NCBI GenBank assembly: GCA_051715345.1
Contig: JBPXJQ010000049.1
Location: 20,015-84,014 of the forward strand
Length of the DNA stretch: 64,000 nt
Source of the DNA: Candidatus Blackallbacteria bacterium
GTDB lineage: Bacteria > Cyanobacteriota > Sericytochromatia > UBA7694
Reading direction: 5' to 3'
Shown here: positions 8,879-17,275 of the stretch, piece by piece
Layout: every line of letters starts with the position of its first letter
Position numbering within the stretch: the first letter of the stretch is position 1
Program-made: the position numbers and the translations under genes
The notes under the pieces: generated by a model
Told to the model about the DNA's origin: nothing
Seen by the model: the letters and a program-made list of their open reading frames with translations, nothing else
The model's database searches: none

Positions 8879-10173
8879 GAGCGCGCCACCTCCAGTTTGA
8901 GGAAATGGGTCGAGCAGGAGATACAGGGGTCGTAATTGCGAATGGCCTGTTCGCAGAGATGTTGCAATTCGGGGTCGGCTTTGTCTAAATAGGTGTGCAA
9001 TAAATGCCGCAAATCTGCTTCGATGGTCTTTTGGTTCTGTGAGGTCGGCGGCACAATTTTGGCGTTAAGAATCAGCCCGTTGGCATCGATCTCGTAGCGG
9101 TGATAACAGATTCCCCTGGGGGCTTCGGTACAGCCATGGCCTTTTCCCGCTTTGACGGGCCAAGACACAAACGCCGCTTCGGGCTTTTGGTAAAGTTCAA
9201 TCAGGCGCAGGGCTTCTTCAAGTGCGTAGAGGGTTTCCAGGCTGCGCACCAAAATGCTTTTAAACGGGTTGTGGCAATGTTCAGCAATCCCCACTTCTTC
9301 TGCCAGGGCTTTGACATTGGGGCTGAGTTGCTCAAAATTGAGGTTGTACCGTGCCATGGGCCCGACAAAATAGGCCCCGTGGCCGGTGTGAATAGAATGC
9401 AATGCAGTTGAGCGGGCCACGTGTTCTTCTTCAAAATGCGCTTCGTATTCAGCAATGGGAATATCCAGGCCCAAATTGGAGACCAAGCGGCCTTCGTGAA
9501 TGGCGTATTCGCTCGGGTGTTTGAGGGCCACGTATTCATATTCCCGCTCAAAGGCTGGGAATTCAAATCCTGCCACCCAGCGCAGGGTGTCTATTGCGGC
9601 TTCTCGCGCCCATTCCAGTTCGGGTTTCAGCGCAAGCAATTCTGTTTTTTCGGGCAGGCGGTAAAAGCCCCCCACCTGTAAATTGATCGGGTGGATTTCC
9701 CGGCCGCCCAAAAGGGTCATCAGGGTATTGCCGATTTTTTTTAAGCGCAAACCGCGTTTGACAGCTTCTGGCGCGACTTTGGCCAGGGCCACTGCGTCTG
9801 GAAAACCGAGAAAATCTGGGGCATGTAACATGTAAATATGCAAAACATGGCTTTCGATCCACTCGCCGCAGTAGATCAGCCTGCGCAAACTGCGCAAAGG
9901 TTCGGGGACTTCAAGTCCGAGAATCGCTTCCATGGCCTGCACGGCCCCCATTTGGTAGGCAATTGGGCAAATGCCGCAGATCCGCGAAGTGATGTCTGGC
10001 GCTTCGCGGTAATCGCGCCCCCGCAAAAAGGCCTCAAAGAAGCGGGGCGGCTCAAAAATTTTCAGTTGGACTTCTTCCAATTCGCTGCCGTTCATTTGGA
10101 TATACAGCGCCCCTTCCCCCTCGACACGGGCCAGGTAATCGACTGAAATGATCCGGCGTTTTTTCTCACTCAT
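8875..10173 (-). CDS. Group 3b [NiFe]-hydrogenase large (alpha) subunit
   Basis: It has the N-terminal RICGICP Ni-binding motif and the C-terminal DPCISCSTH motif followed by a cleavable tail. The start is placed at the Met ([10 protein letters not shown]) 2 bp after the small-subunit stop; the table ORF extends to 10248. Confidence 0.9.
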   Translation of the reverse strand: MSEKKRRIISVDYLARVEGEGALYIQMNGSELEEVQLKIFEPPRFFEAFLRGRDYREAPDITSRICGICPIAYQMGAVQAMEAILGLEVPEPLRSLRRLIYCGEWIESHVLHIYMLHAPDFLGFPDAVALAKVAPEAVKRGLRLKKIGNTLMTLLGGREIHPINLQVGGFYRLPEKTELLALKPELEWAREAAIDTLRWVAGFEFPAFEREYEYVALKHPSEYAIHEGRLVSNLGLDIPIAEYEAHFEEEHVARSTALHSIHTGHGAYFVGPMARYNLNFEQLSPNVKALAEEVGIAEHCHNPFKSILVRSLETLYALEEALRLIELYQKPEAAFVSWPVKAGKGHGCTEAPRGICYHRYEIDANGLILNAKIVPPTSQNQKTIEADLRHLLHTYLDKADPELQHLCEQAIRNYDPCISCSTHFLKLEVARS

Positions 10174-10930
10174 GCTGCAGGCTCTCCTCTCGAAAGGCGG
10201 GGGCATTGCTATTAAAGCCCCGGTATAATCGGACCAATTCGGCTTCACTGACCCCCAATGATTTAAACGCTTGGCTCAATGCCGCCGGATGGGGGGAATC
10301 CGAGGGGCCAAAACAGCCGTAGCAGCCCCGTTGGAATGCCGGGCAAATCGCGCCACAGCCCGCGTGGGTCACTGGGCCCAAACAGGGGATTCCCTGTGAG
10401 ACCATCACACAGACCGTGCCCCTGAGTTTACATTCATGACAGACACTTTCGCTGGGCAAATGGGGCTTGCGCCGGTTTAACAGGGCGTTGATCAGCTCCA
10501 GCAATTGGTTTTTATTGATCGGGCAGCCCCGCAATTCAAAATCGACTTTGATATGCTCGGAGATCGCCGTGGATTGGCTGAGGGTTTGAATGTATTCGGG
10601 CCGGGCGTAGACCATGCGCATAAAATCTTCGACAGCCTGAAAATTGCGCAGGGCCTGAATCCCCCCAGCGGTGGCACAGGCCCCAATGCTGATCACCAAA
10701 GCCGATTGGGCCCGAATGGCTTGGATCCGCTCCAAATCGTGGGGGGTGGTGATTGAGCCCTCGACCAGAGAAATGTCATAGGGGCCCGCCACCACCGCCC
10801 GGCTGGCCTCTGGAAAATGGGCAATTTCAAGGGCATCTGCCACCATCAGCAATTCGTCTTCACAGTCCAATAAACTGAGCTGGCAGCCATCACAGGAGGC
10901 AAATTTCCAAACAGCCAATTTGGGTTTCAT
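10166..10930 (-). CDS. Group 3b [NiFe]-hydrogenase small (delta) subunit
   Basis: 254 aa with the [16 protein letters not shown] Fe-S motif of group 3 small subunits and additional Cys clusters C-terminally. Confidence 0.88.
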   Translation of the reverse strand: MKPKLAVWKFASCDGCQLSLLDCEDELLMVADALEIAHFPEASRAVVAGPYDISLVEGSITTPHDLERIQAIRAQSALVISIGACATAGGIQALRNFQAVEDFMRMVYARPEYIQTLSQSTAISEHIKVDFELRGCPINKNQLLELINALLNRRKPHLPSESVCHECKLRGTVCVMVSQGIPCLGPVTHAGCGAICPAFQRGCYGCFGPSDSPHPAALSQAFKSLGVSEAELVRLYRGFNSNAPAFREESLQHE

Positions 10931-11770
10931 TTAGACCTCCCGGGTATTCAAAAGGGATTGGACCTTGTCATAGCGAAAGACGGGGCCGTCTTTGCAAATA
11001 AAGTGGGGACCGAATTGGCAGTGGCCACACAGCCCCACGGCACATTGCATATTGCGCTCCAAAGAGACATAGATCTGTTCGGGCTTGAGGCCCTTTTCCA
11101 AGAAGGTGTGAGCACTGTAGCGCATCATGATTTCGGGGCCACAGATCATCGCCAAGGTCTGATCGGGATCCAGGTTTTGCGCTTGGATCAGCGAAGTTAC
11201 CACCCCTACCCTGCCCTGCCAACTCTGTGTGGCTTGATCGAGGGTGATATGCACGGCGATCTCTGCGCCTGTTTGCCAGGACAGCAGTTCGTCGGCATAG
11301 AGGATTTCGGCATGTTGTCGGGCACCATAGAGCAAGGTCAGCGAACGGATTTCTGAGCGCATCGCCAGGGCCGCATAAATGGCAGGTCGAACAGGAGCCA
11401 AACCCAACCCTCCGGCCACAATCACCAGATCTTTGCCTTTGGCTTTGTGTAAGGGCCAGACGGAGCCAAAGGGCCCGCGCAGCCCCAGTGATTGCCCTGG
11501 TTTGAGTTCTGCCAAGGCGTTGGTTACAGCCCCCACTTTGCGAATGGTGTGGATTTGCGCCGAGGTGTTTTCGGGCGAGCCCGAGATTGAAATGGGCACT
11601 TCTCCCACCCCAAAGACATAGAGCATATTAAACTGCCCTGGCCGAAACGGGGGGATCGTCTGGACACGCGTTTGTACTTCGGGCTTTTCACAGCTCAGGC
11701 TAAAGGTCTGGGGGGTTTCCCAGCGAAAATCGCTGATACGCCAGACCTCTGGCAAAAGCGCTTGGCTCAT
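10931..11770 (-). CDS. Sulfhydrogenase gamma-like subunit (FAD/NAD(P)-binding, [2Fe-2S]; PyrK/AsrB-like)
   Basis: 279 aa with a ferredoxin-NADP-reductase-like fold and a C-terminal [15 protein letters not shown] cluster. Its ATG overlaps the upstream gene's stop as ATGA. Confidence 0.85.
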   Translation of the reverse strand: MSQALLPEVWRISDFRWETPQTFSLSCEKPEVQTRVQTIPPFRPGQFNMLYVFGVGEVPISISGSPENTSAQIHTIRKVGAVTNALAELKPGQSLGLRGPFGSVWPLHKAKGKDLVIVAGGLGLAPVRPAIYAALAMRSEIRSLTLLYGARQHAEILYADELLSWQTGAEIAVHITLDQATQSWQGRVGVVTSLIQAQNLDPDQTLAMICGPEIMMRYSAHTFLEKGLKPEQIYVSLERNMQCAVGLCGHCQFGPHFICKDGPVFRYDKVQSLLNTREV

Positions 11771-12228
11771 GTTTGACCTCCATACAGATCCAATAATTGC
11801 AAGCGCGTGGCCTGCAGTCGTTCTACCATCATTTGCCCAAAGCGCTTCTGAATCAGATACCCCATTTCATGGTCAGTTTCACATTGCTCCAAAAAGGCTT
11901 TGGCATCAAAGACCAGAATTTGGCTGTCTTCAAGCGCCTGGGCATCAAAATGCCATTTATACGGGGGATAGAGCCAAGACCAGCCCAGCAGATCCCCTTC
12001 ATGCAGGGTTTGGATCCGCACGCAGCCCCGCTGCGAGGAGAACATTTCAATCGCCACCGTACCCGATTGAATCAGGTAAAACGCTTCCGCTTTGCCGCCC
12101 AATTTAAACACAAAGTCGTTGGCCGCAAAGCTCCGCAGGTGTGCGCAGCGAATCAGGGCCTGCAGGTAGGGGGTGGGCAAATCTTTAAAATGGCGTTGTT
12201 TGCGGATCGCGTCCTCTTTAATTTCCAT
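11767..12228 (-). CDS. Cyclic-nucleotide-binding-domain-only protein (Crp/Fnr effector-domain-like, no HTH)
   Basis: 153 aa with a beta-roll [22 protein letters not shown]...[12 protein letters not shown]. The phosphate-binding cassette is degenerate, with no RTA/RSA. The gene is embedded between the beta and gamma hydrogenase genes, with an ATGA overlap downstream and a 5-bp gap upstream. Confidence 0.7.
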   Translation of the reverse strand: MEIKEDAIRKQRHFKDLPTPYLQALIRCAHLRSFAANDFVFKLGGKAEAFYLIQSGTVAIEMFSSQRGCVRIQTLHEGDLLGWSWLYPPYKWHFDAQALEDSQILVFDAKAFLEQCETDHEMGYLIQKRFGQMMVERLQATRLQLLDLYGGQT

Positions 12229-13360
12229 GGGGGATCTCCTCTGCTTTTGTTTGTAATGCGTTCAATGCTTCAATTTCTGAGGTGAGATCGATTCCCACCG
12301 GGCACCAGGTAATACAGCGGCCACAGCCGACACAGCCTGATTGGTCAAATTGCTCCTGCCAAAAGGCCAGTTTGTGGCTGATCCACTGTCGGTAGCGTGC
12401 GCCTGGGCTTTGGCGAATCGGCCGACCCGCGGTAAGTGTAAAATTCAATGAAAAACAGGAGTCCCACTCACGCCAGCGCTCACTGCTTGTGCCTGCCAAG
12501 TCGGTCACTTCTTGAACCCCTGAACAAAAACAGGTGGGGCAAACCAGTGTGCAATTGCTGCAACTCAGGCAGCGCTCCCCCACGTCTTTCCAATGGGGGC
12601 TTTCATACCCGCTTTTTAAGGCCGCGCTGGCCTGCTGGGGATTCAAACTCCGGCCCATCTGCGCTGCCGCCGCTGCCCACAACTCACTTTCTTTTTCAAG
12701 CAGTGTTTCTGGGGCCTGGCTCGGGCTGCATTGCTGGAGCAGGGCTGCCCCTTTGGCGCTGCCAGCTCGGGCCAGATAACAGGGGTCTGCGGTATCAAGT
12801 ATTTCAGTGATGGCCAGATCGTAACCGGGCCCGGCTGCTGGGCCTGCCTCCATCGACACACAAAAACAGGTATTGCCGGGCTCGGTGCAGTTCACGGCCA
12901 AGATAAAGATCTGCTCCCGTCTTTCCCGGTAAAAATCATCGCTGTAAGGGCCTTCGAGAAAGACCCTGTCTTGGATTTGGATCGCTTTCAGTTCACAGCC
13001 CCGCACGCCAATCATGGCGTATTTGGGCACAACCTGATCGGGGGCTGTGATCTGCAAACCACGGCTGTTTTGTTCCGCTTTCATCAACAATTGCCGAGGC
13101 GGGTAGAGGTATTTTTTCCAAGCCTGGGGGCCCACAACATAGCCAAACAAGGCTGCATCGTCTCGGGAACGCAAGCGGTAAGTGCCTTTTTCTTGAATGT
13201 CGCCGATACCCATCGGCAGATCTGCTGTACTCTGAATGGCGTCGTAGACAATGGCCTGATCCCTGACCACGGGACCCACGGTCTGGTACCCAGCGGCCTG
13301 CAATTGGCTGAGCAGTTGATCCAGTTGTTTGCGCTGGAGAAGTACGACTTCTGTTTGCAT
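12218..13360 (-). CDS. Sulfhydrogenase beta-like subunit ([4Fe-4S]; AsrA-like)
   Basis: It contains [16 protein letters not shown] and [15 protein letters not shown] ferredoxin motifs. The start is placed at MQTEVVLLQ, preceded by a GGGGGA RBS; the table ORF extends to 13411. Confidence 0.85.
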   Translation of the reverse strand: MQTEVVLLQRKQLDQLLSQLQAAGYQTVGPVVRDQAIVYDAIQSTADLPMGIGDIQEKGTYRLRSRDDAALFGYVVGPQAWKKYLYPPRQLLMKAEQNSRGLQITAPDQVVPKYAMIGVRGCELKAIQIQDRVFLEGPYSDDFYRERREQIFILAVNCTEPGNTCFCVSMEAGPAAGPGYDLAITEILDTADPCYLARAGSAKGAALLQQCSPSQAPETLLEKESELWAAAAAQMGRSLNPQQASAALKSGYESPHWKDVGERCLSCSNCTLVCPTCFCSGVQEVTDLAGTSSERWREWDSCFSLNFTLTAGRPIRQSPGARYRQWISHKLAFWQEQFDQSGCVGCGRCITWCPVGIDLTSEIEALNALQTKAEEIPHGN

Positions 13361-13533
13361 CTTCGCTGATTCCCCCGTTTCTCGGCTCCTTTGAGGAAAC
13401 ACGATCCTCATCTACAGCATGGCTGATTATCCCTTTATTATCTTTGATAGATCTCCAGTATGAAATTGATCTTGATCAGGAAAAAATCAAATAATCCAGA
13501 TAAAATAGTGATAAAGCGTTAAACTTAAAATAC

Positions 13534-14586
13534 ATGAAACCCCAGACACGAAATTATGCCGGTGTACACAGCAATAATGCGCAATTTGCGGGATTTTCTT
13601 GGGCATTTACCCGAAATATTCGCGCAGAGCTTGTTATTTTTACTGGGCTGACGGGATATCTTGAAACCCTGACAGATCCGTCTTATCAGGGGCAAATTGT
13701 GGTGTTTACCTCTCCCCAAGTGGGCAATTATCTGCCTGATTTGACCCGGATGCAATCCCCCCGGATTCAAGTGGCGGGTGTGGTGGCCAGGGCCTATAGC
13801 CCGCCCCCAGAGAGCCCAAACCAAATCACTTTGGCCCAGCTTTTGCTCACTGCAAAGATCCCCGCCCTGATGGGGGTCGACACCCGCAGTTTGACTTTGG
13901 CGCTGCGCCAAGACTCCCAAACAAGACGCGAAGTTGAGCTGATAACGGTGCCGGGAGCGCCGATTGAAAATCCCGCCTTGCCCCATCCCGCTCAGGTCGC
14001 AATTCAGGCCCCGTATTTGCACAGAGGTGGCGAAAAAACGGTGGTGCTGGTGGATTGTGGCGTCAAAAACCGGCTTTTAGACCTGCTGCTGCAGGCGGGT
14101 TTAAGTGTGTGGCAGGTTCCCTGGGACTTTGATTGGCGGGATTTGCCCCATCAGGGCCTGTTGCTATCTAATGGCCCAGGCAATCCCGCTGAGTGTGAAA
14201 CCACAATTTCGATTTTAAAATCCGGGCTCAATCCGCAGATCCCTGTTTTGGGCATTTGTCTCGGGGCACAATTGCTCGCCCATGCGGTGGGTGCAAGCAC
14301 CGCCCCCCTGCCATTTGGTCACCGGGGGGCCAATCATCCCTGCCGCGATCGTTTGAGTGGGGCCTGTTATATCACCGCGATGAATCATGGCTATGCCATT
14401 GTTTCGGAGAGTTTGCCCCCGGAATGGCAGGTCTGGTTTGAACATCTCCACGATGGCAGTTGTGCAGGATTAAAACACCGTGTTTTTCCTTGGCGGGGGG
14501 TGCAATTTCATCCGGAGGGCTGCCCAGGCCCCACAGACACGGCATTTATCCTTGCGGATTTTCTGAGCGAGGTTCTCGATGCCTGA
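13534..14586 (+). CDS. carA: Carbamoyl-phosphate synthase small (glutaminase) subunit
   Basis: 350 aa with N-terminal GYLETLTDPSYQGQIVVFTSPQVGNY, the GICLGAQLL catalytic Cys region and the C-terminal FHPEGCPGP. Confidence 0.85.
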   Translation: MKPQTRNYAGVHSNNAQFAGFSWAFTRNIRAELVIFTGLTGYLETLTDPSYQGQIVVFTSPQVGNYLPDLTRMQSPRIQVAGVVARAYSPPPESPNQITLAQLLLTAKIPALMGVDTRSLTLALRQDSQTRREVELITVPGAPIENPALPHPAQVAIQAPYLHRGGEKTVVLVDCGVKNRLLDLLLQAGLSVWQVPWDFDWRDLPHQGLLLSNGPGNPAECETTISILKSGLNPQIPVLGICLGAQLLAHAVGASTAPLPFGHRGANHPCRDRLSGACYITAMNHGYAIVSESLPPEWQVWFEHLHDGSCAGLKHRVFPWRGVQFHPEGCPGPTDTAFILADFLSEVLDA

Positions 14587-17275
14587 ATCCGTTTTGGTGC
14601 TGGGATCGGGTCCGATTCAAATTGGCCAAGCAGGGGAGTTTGACTATGCCGGGGCCCAGGCCCTCAAAGCGCTCAAAGAAAGGGGGTTCCGCACCCTTTT
14701 GTTAAATTCGAATCTGGCCAGTGCCCAGACGCTGGGGGTTTTTGCCGATCGCGTGTTTGCCCTGCCACTCACACCCGCCTCGGTACAAGCTATTTTGGCA
14801 AGTGAAACCCCGATCGGGGTTTTGGCGGGATTTGGCGGCCAATCGGCCCTCAATTTGGCCTTGGAACTCGATCAAGCGGGGCTGTTAAAGCGCTTGCCCC
14901 TGCTCGGCACCGCTCTGGAGACCCTGATGATCTGTGAAGATCGCTTGAAGTTTTTCAGATTTTGTCAGAATCTGGGTTTGCCGGTCCCCAAGACCTATGT
15001 TTTGTCGGATCTCTCGGCCTTTAATTCTGAATTAAACGCAACAGACGCCTTTCCCTTGCTGCAGCGCAAAAGTTTTGCCTTGGGGGGCCAAGGCGCGGTC
15101 TTTTATCCCAACTTGGCGGCATTGTGGGCAGATCCCGGCCTCAAAGATCGTTTGAACCCAGCGGCACTTTTAAACGCGCCACTTTTGCTCGAAGAAGATC
15201 TCAGGGGCTGGCAAGAAATCGAGTTTGAAGTTTTGGCGGATGCTGCGGGCAATCAATTGGTGGTCTGTGCCACTGAAAACATAGACCCAATGGGCATTCA
15301 CACGGGGGACAGCTATGTGGTCACGCCGCCGATGACTTTGAGTGACGCCAGCTATTTTGGGCTGCGGGCGGCTGCCCTGAAATTGGTCTCCGCCCTGAAA
15401 TTGGTCGGGGAATGCAATGTGCAATTTGCTTACCATCCCAAAAGTGACGCCTTTCGCCTGATCGAATTGAACCCCCGTTTGAGCCGCAGTTCTGCGTTGG
15501 CCTCCAAAGCCACGGGTTATCCGATTGCCTATGTGGCCGCCCAATTGGCCTTGGGTGGGCTTTTGCCTGACATTGTCAATCCACTAACGGGGGTCACCTC
15601 CTGTTTTTTTGAACCGGCGCTGGACTATGTTGTGGTCAAAGCCCCCCGTTGGCAATTTGACAAATTTCCAGGGGCCGATCGGCATTTGGGGCCCGAGATG
15701 AAATCCATCGGTGAAAACATGGGGATCGGAGAAGATTTTGCTTCTGCTTTTGCCAAAGCATGGGCCCTGACCCAAACTCAGAAACTGCCTCATGGGGCAA
15801 ATGGGTCAAATTGGTCAATGACTGCCTTGCGGCAAGAATTGGCCTGTCCCACAGATCTGCGCATGTCGGCCCTCTTTGCGGCGCTGGAACAGGGCCTGCC
15901 TTTGGCCGAAATAGAGGCCTTAACAGGGTTTTCTGGCTGGTTTTTGCAGGCCTTTCGAGATTTGGCACCCAGGCTCAAAACGGGCCATCTCGGTTTCTGG
16001 GGCTTTCGCCAAATCGACACCCTGGCAGGGGAATTTCAGGCCCAGACGGCCTATCTCTATCGCGGCCAAGCCCTTGAATTCACCTTCGGGCCAGGTCCCT
16101 GGGTCTTGATTCTGGGCAGTGGGCCCTATGGGATTGGTTGCTCCGTCGAATTTGACTATTGCTGCGTCAGCGCGATTTATGCCCTGCAAGCAGCGGGTTA
16201 TAAAGTAGCCATGATGAATTCAAACCCCGAAACCCTGAGCACAGATTGTGATTTGGCGGATGCCCTGATCTTTGAACCTCTGTTGCCTGAAAGCCTCAAT
16301 GCAGTGATGGCGGCGCTTCGACCTGTGGGTGTCTTGGCTTCGCTGGGCGGGCAAACACCCCAGAATTTATTGCAGGTCTTGCCCCGGCACTGGCCCTTTT
16401 GGGGCACGCCAGTGGGCCAAATTTTAAAAGCTGAAAATCGCCTGGCATTTGCCCTGGCCCTGGATCAATTGCAGATCCCCCAGGCCCCTTGGGCCAAAGT
16501 GACATCCTTGGCTGACGCTTTGGCGTTTGGTCAAAAGGTCGGTTATCCGCTGATCTACCGCCCTGGTTTTGTCTTGGGGGGGGGCGGTATGCAGGTGATT
16601 GAAAACGCCCAAGCCTTAGAAAAATGGGGAGACCATCTTCAGCTCAACGGCCCTTTACCGCGCACAGAAGGGGCCTTGCTGAACCGCTTTTTGGCGGAGG
16701 CCAAAGAGTTTGAACTCGATGGCATCGCCCGTTTGGGGCAATTGGAGTATTACCTCTTTTCAGAAAATCTTGAACCCTCAGGCATTCATTCCGGGGATTC
16801 TCACCATGTCTTCCCGGCCCAAAGCCTGTCCCCTGAGGTGCGCGCCCAGGCTTTGACTTATGCCTTAAAATTGGCACAATCGTTTGAACTCCACGGTTTG
16901 TTTAATCTCCAGTTTTTTTACCATCAAGGCGCGGTTTTGCTGATCGAAGCCAATCTGCGCGCTTCCCGCAATCTGCCTTTTTTGAGCCATGTTTCGGGCC
17001 AGAACCTGGTCAGTTTGGCGATTGAGCGCCTGCTTGCGAGCGCCCCCTTGGCAGAAGCCCCTGTCGAAATCAGTGCAGATCAGGTCGGGATCCGGGTGCC
17101 AACGTTTTCTTGGGAGCGCATGGTCGGGGCCAAACGGGAATTGGGGGTGGAAATGAAGGCCACTGGCGAGTTTTGTCTGCTGGCGGACAGCTTTGATAAC
17201 GTGCTTCAGCTGTGTTATAATTTGCCAGATTTTTGTGCCTTCACACCGTCTTGGCGCCTCTCCAAAGGAGAATGA
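14579..17275 (+). CDS. carB: Carbamoyl-phosphate synthase large subunit, short form lacking the C-terminal allosteric (MGS-like) domain
   Basis: 898 aa. It has two ATP-grasp halves (GSGPIQIGQAGEFDYAG; LILGSGPYGIGCSVEFDY). The protein ends directly after the second-half PxFSWERMVGAKRELGVEMKATGEF segment. Canonical CarB is about 1070 aa. Confidence 0.88.
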   Translation: MPESVLVLGSGPIQIGQAGEFDYAGAQALKALKERGFRTLLLNSNLASAQTLGVFADRVFALPLTPASVQAILASETPIGVLAGFGGQSALNLALELDQAGLLKRLPLLGTALETLMICEDRLKFFRFCQNLGLPVPKTYVLSDLSAFNSELNATDAFPLLQRKSFALGGQGAVFYPNLAALWADPGLKDRLNPAALLNAPLLLEEDLRGWQEIEFEVLADAAGNQLVVCATENIDPMGIHTGDSYVVTPPMTLSDASYFGLRAAALKLVSALKLVGECNVQFAYHPKSDAFRLIELNPRLSRSSALASKATGYPIAYVAAQLALGGLLPDIVNPLTGVTSCFFEPALDYVVVKAPRWQFDKFPGADRHLGPEMKSIGENMGIGEDFASAFAKAWALTQTQKLPHGANGSNWSMTALRQELACPTDLRMSALFAALEQGLPLAEIEALTGFSGWFLQAFRDLAPRLKTGHLGFWGFRQIDTLAGEFQAQTAYLYRGQALEFTFGPGPWVLILGSGPYGIGCSVEFDYCCVSAIYALQAAGYKVAMMNSNPETLSTDCDLADALIFEPLLPESLNAVMAALRPVGVLASLGGQTPQNLLQVLPRHWPFWGTPVGQILKAENRLAFALALDQLQIPQAPWAKVTSLADALAFGQKVGYPLIYRPGFVLGGGGMQVIENAQALEKWGDHLQLNGPLPRTEGALLNRFLAEAKEFELDGIARLGQLEYYLFSENLEPSGIHSGDSHHVFPAQSLSPEVRAQALTYALKLAQSFELHGLFNLQFFYHQGAVLLIEANLRASRNLPFLSHVSGQNLVSLAIERLLASAPLAEAPVEISADQVGIRVPTFSWERMVGAKRELGVEMKATGEFCLLADSFDNVLQLCYNLPDFCAFTPSWRLSKGE

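Noticed and set aside
10958-11356. 132-aa plus-strand ORF inside the gamma-subunit gene
   Set aside because: It is antisense to a well-supported CDS and has no motifs.
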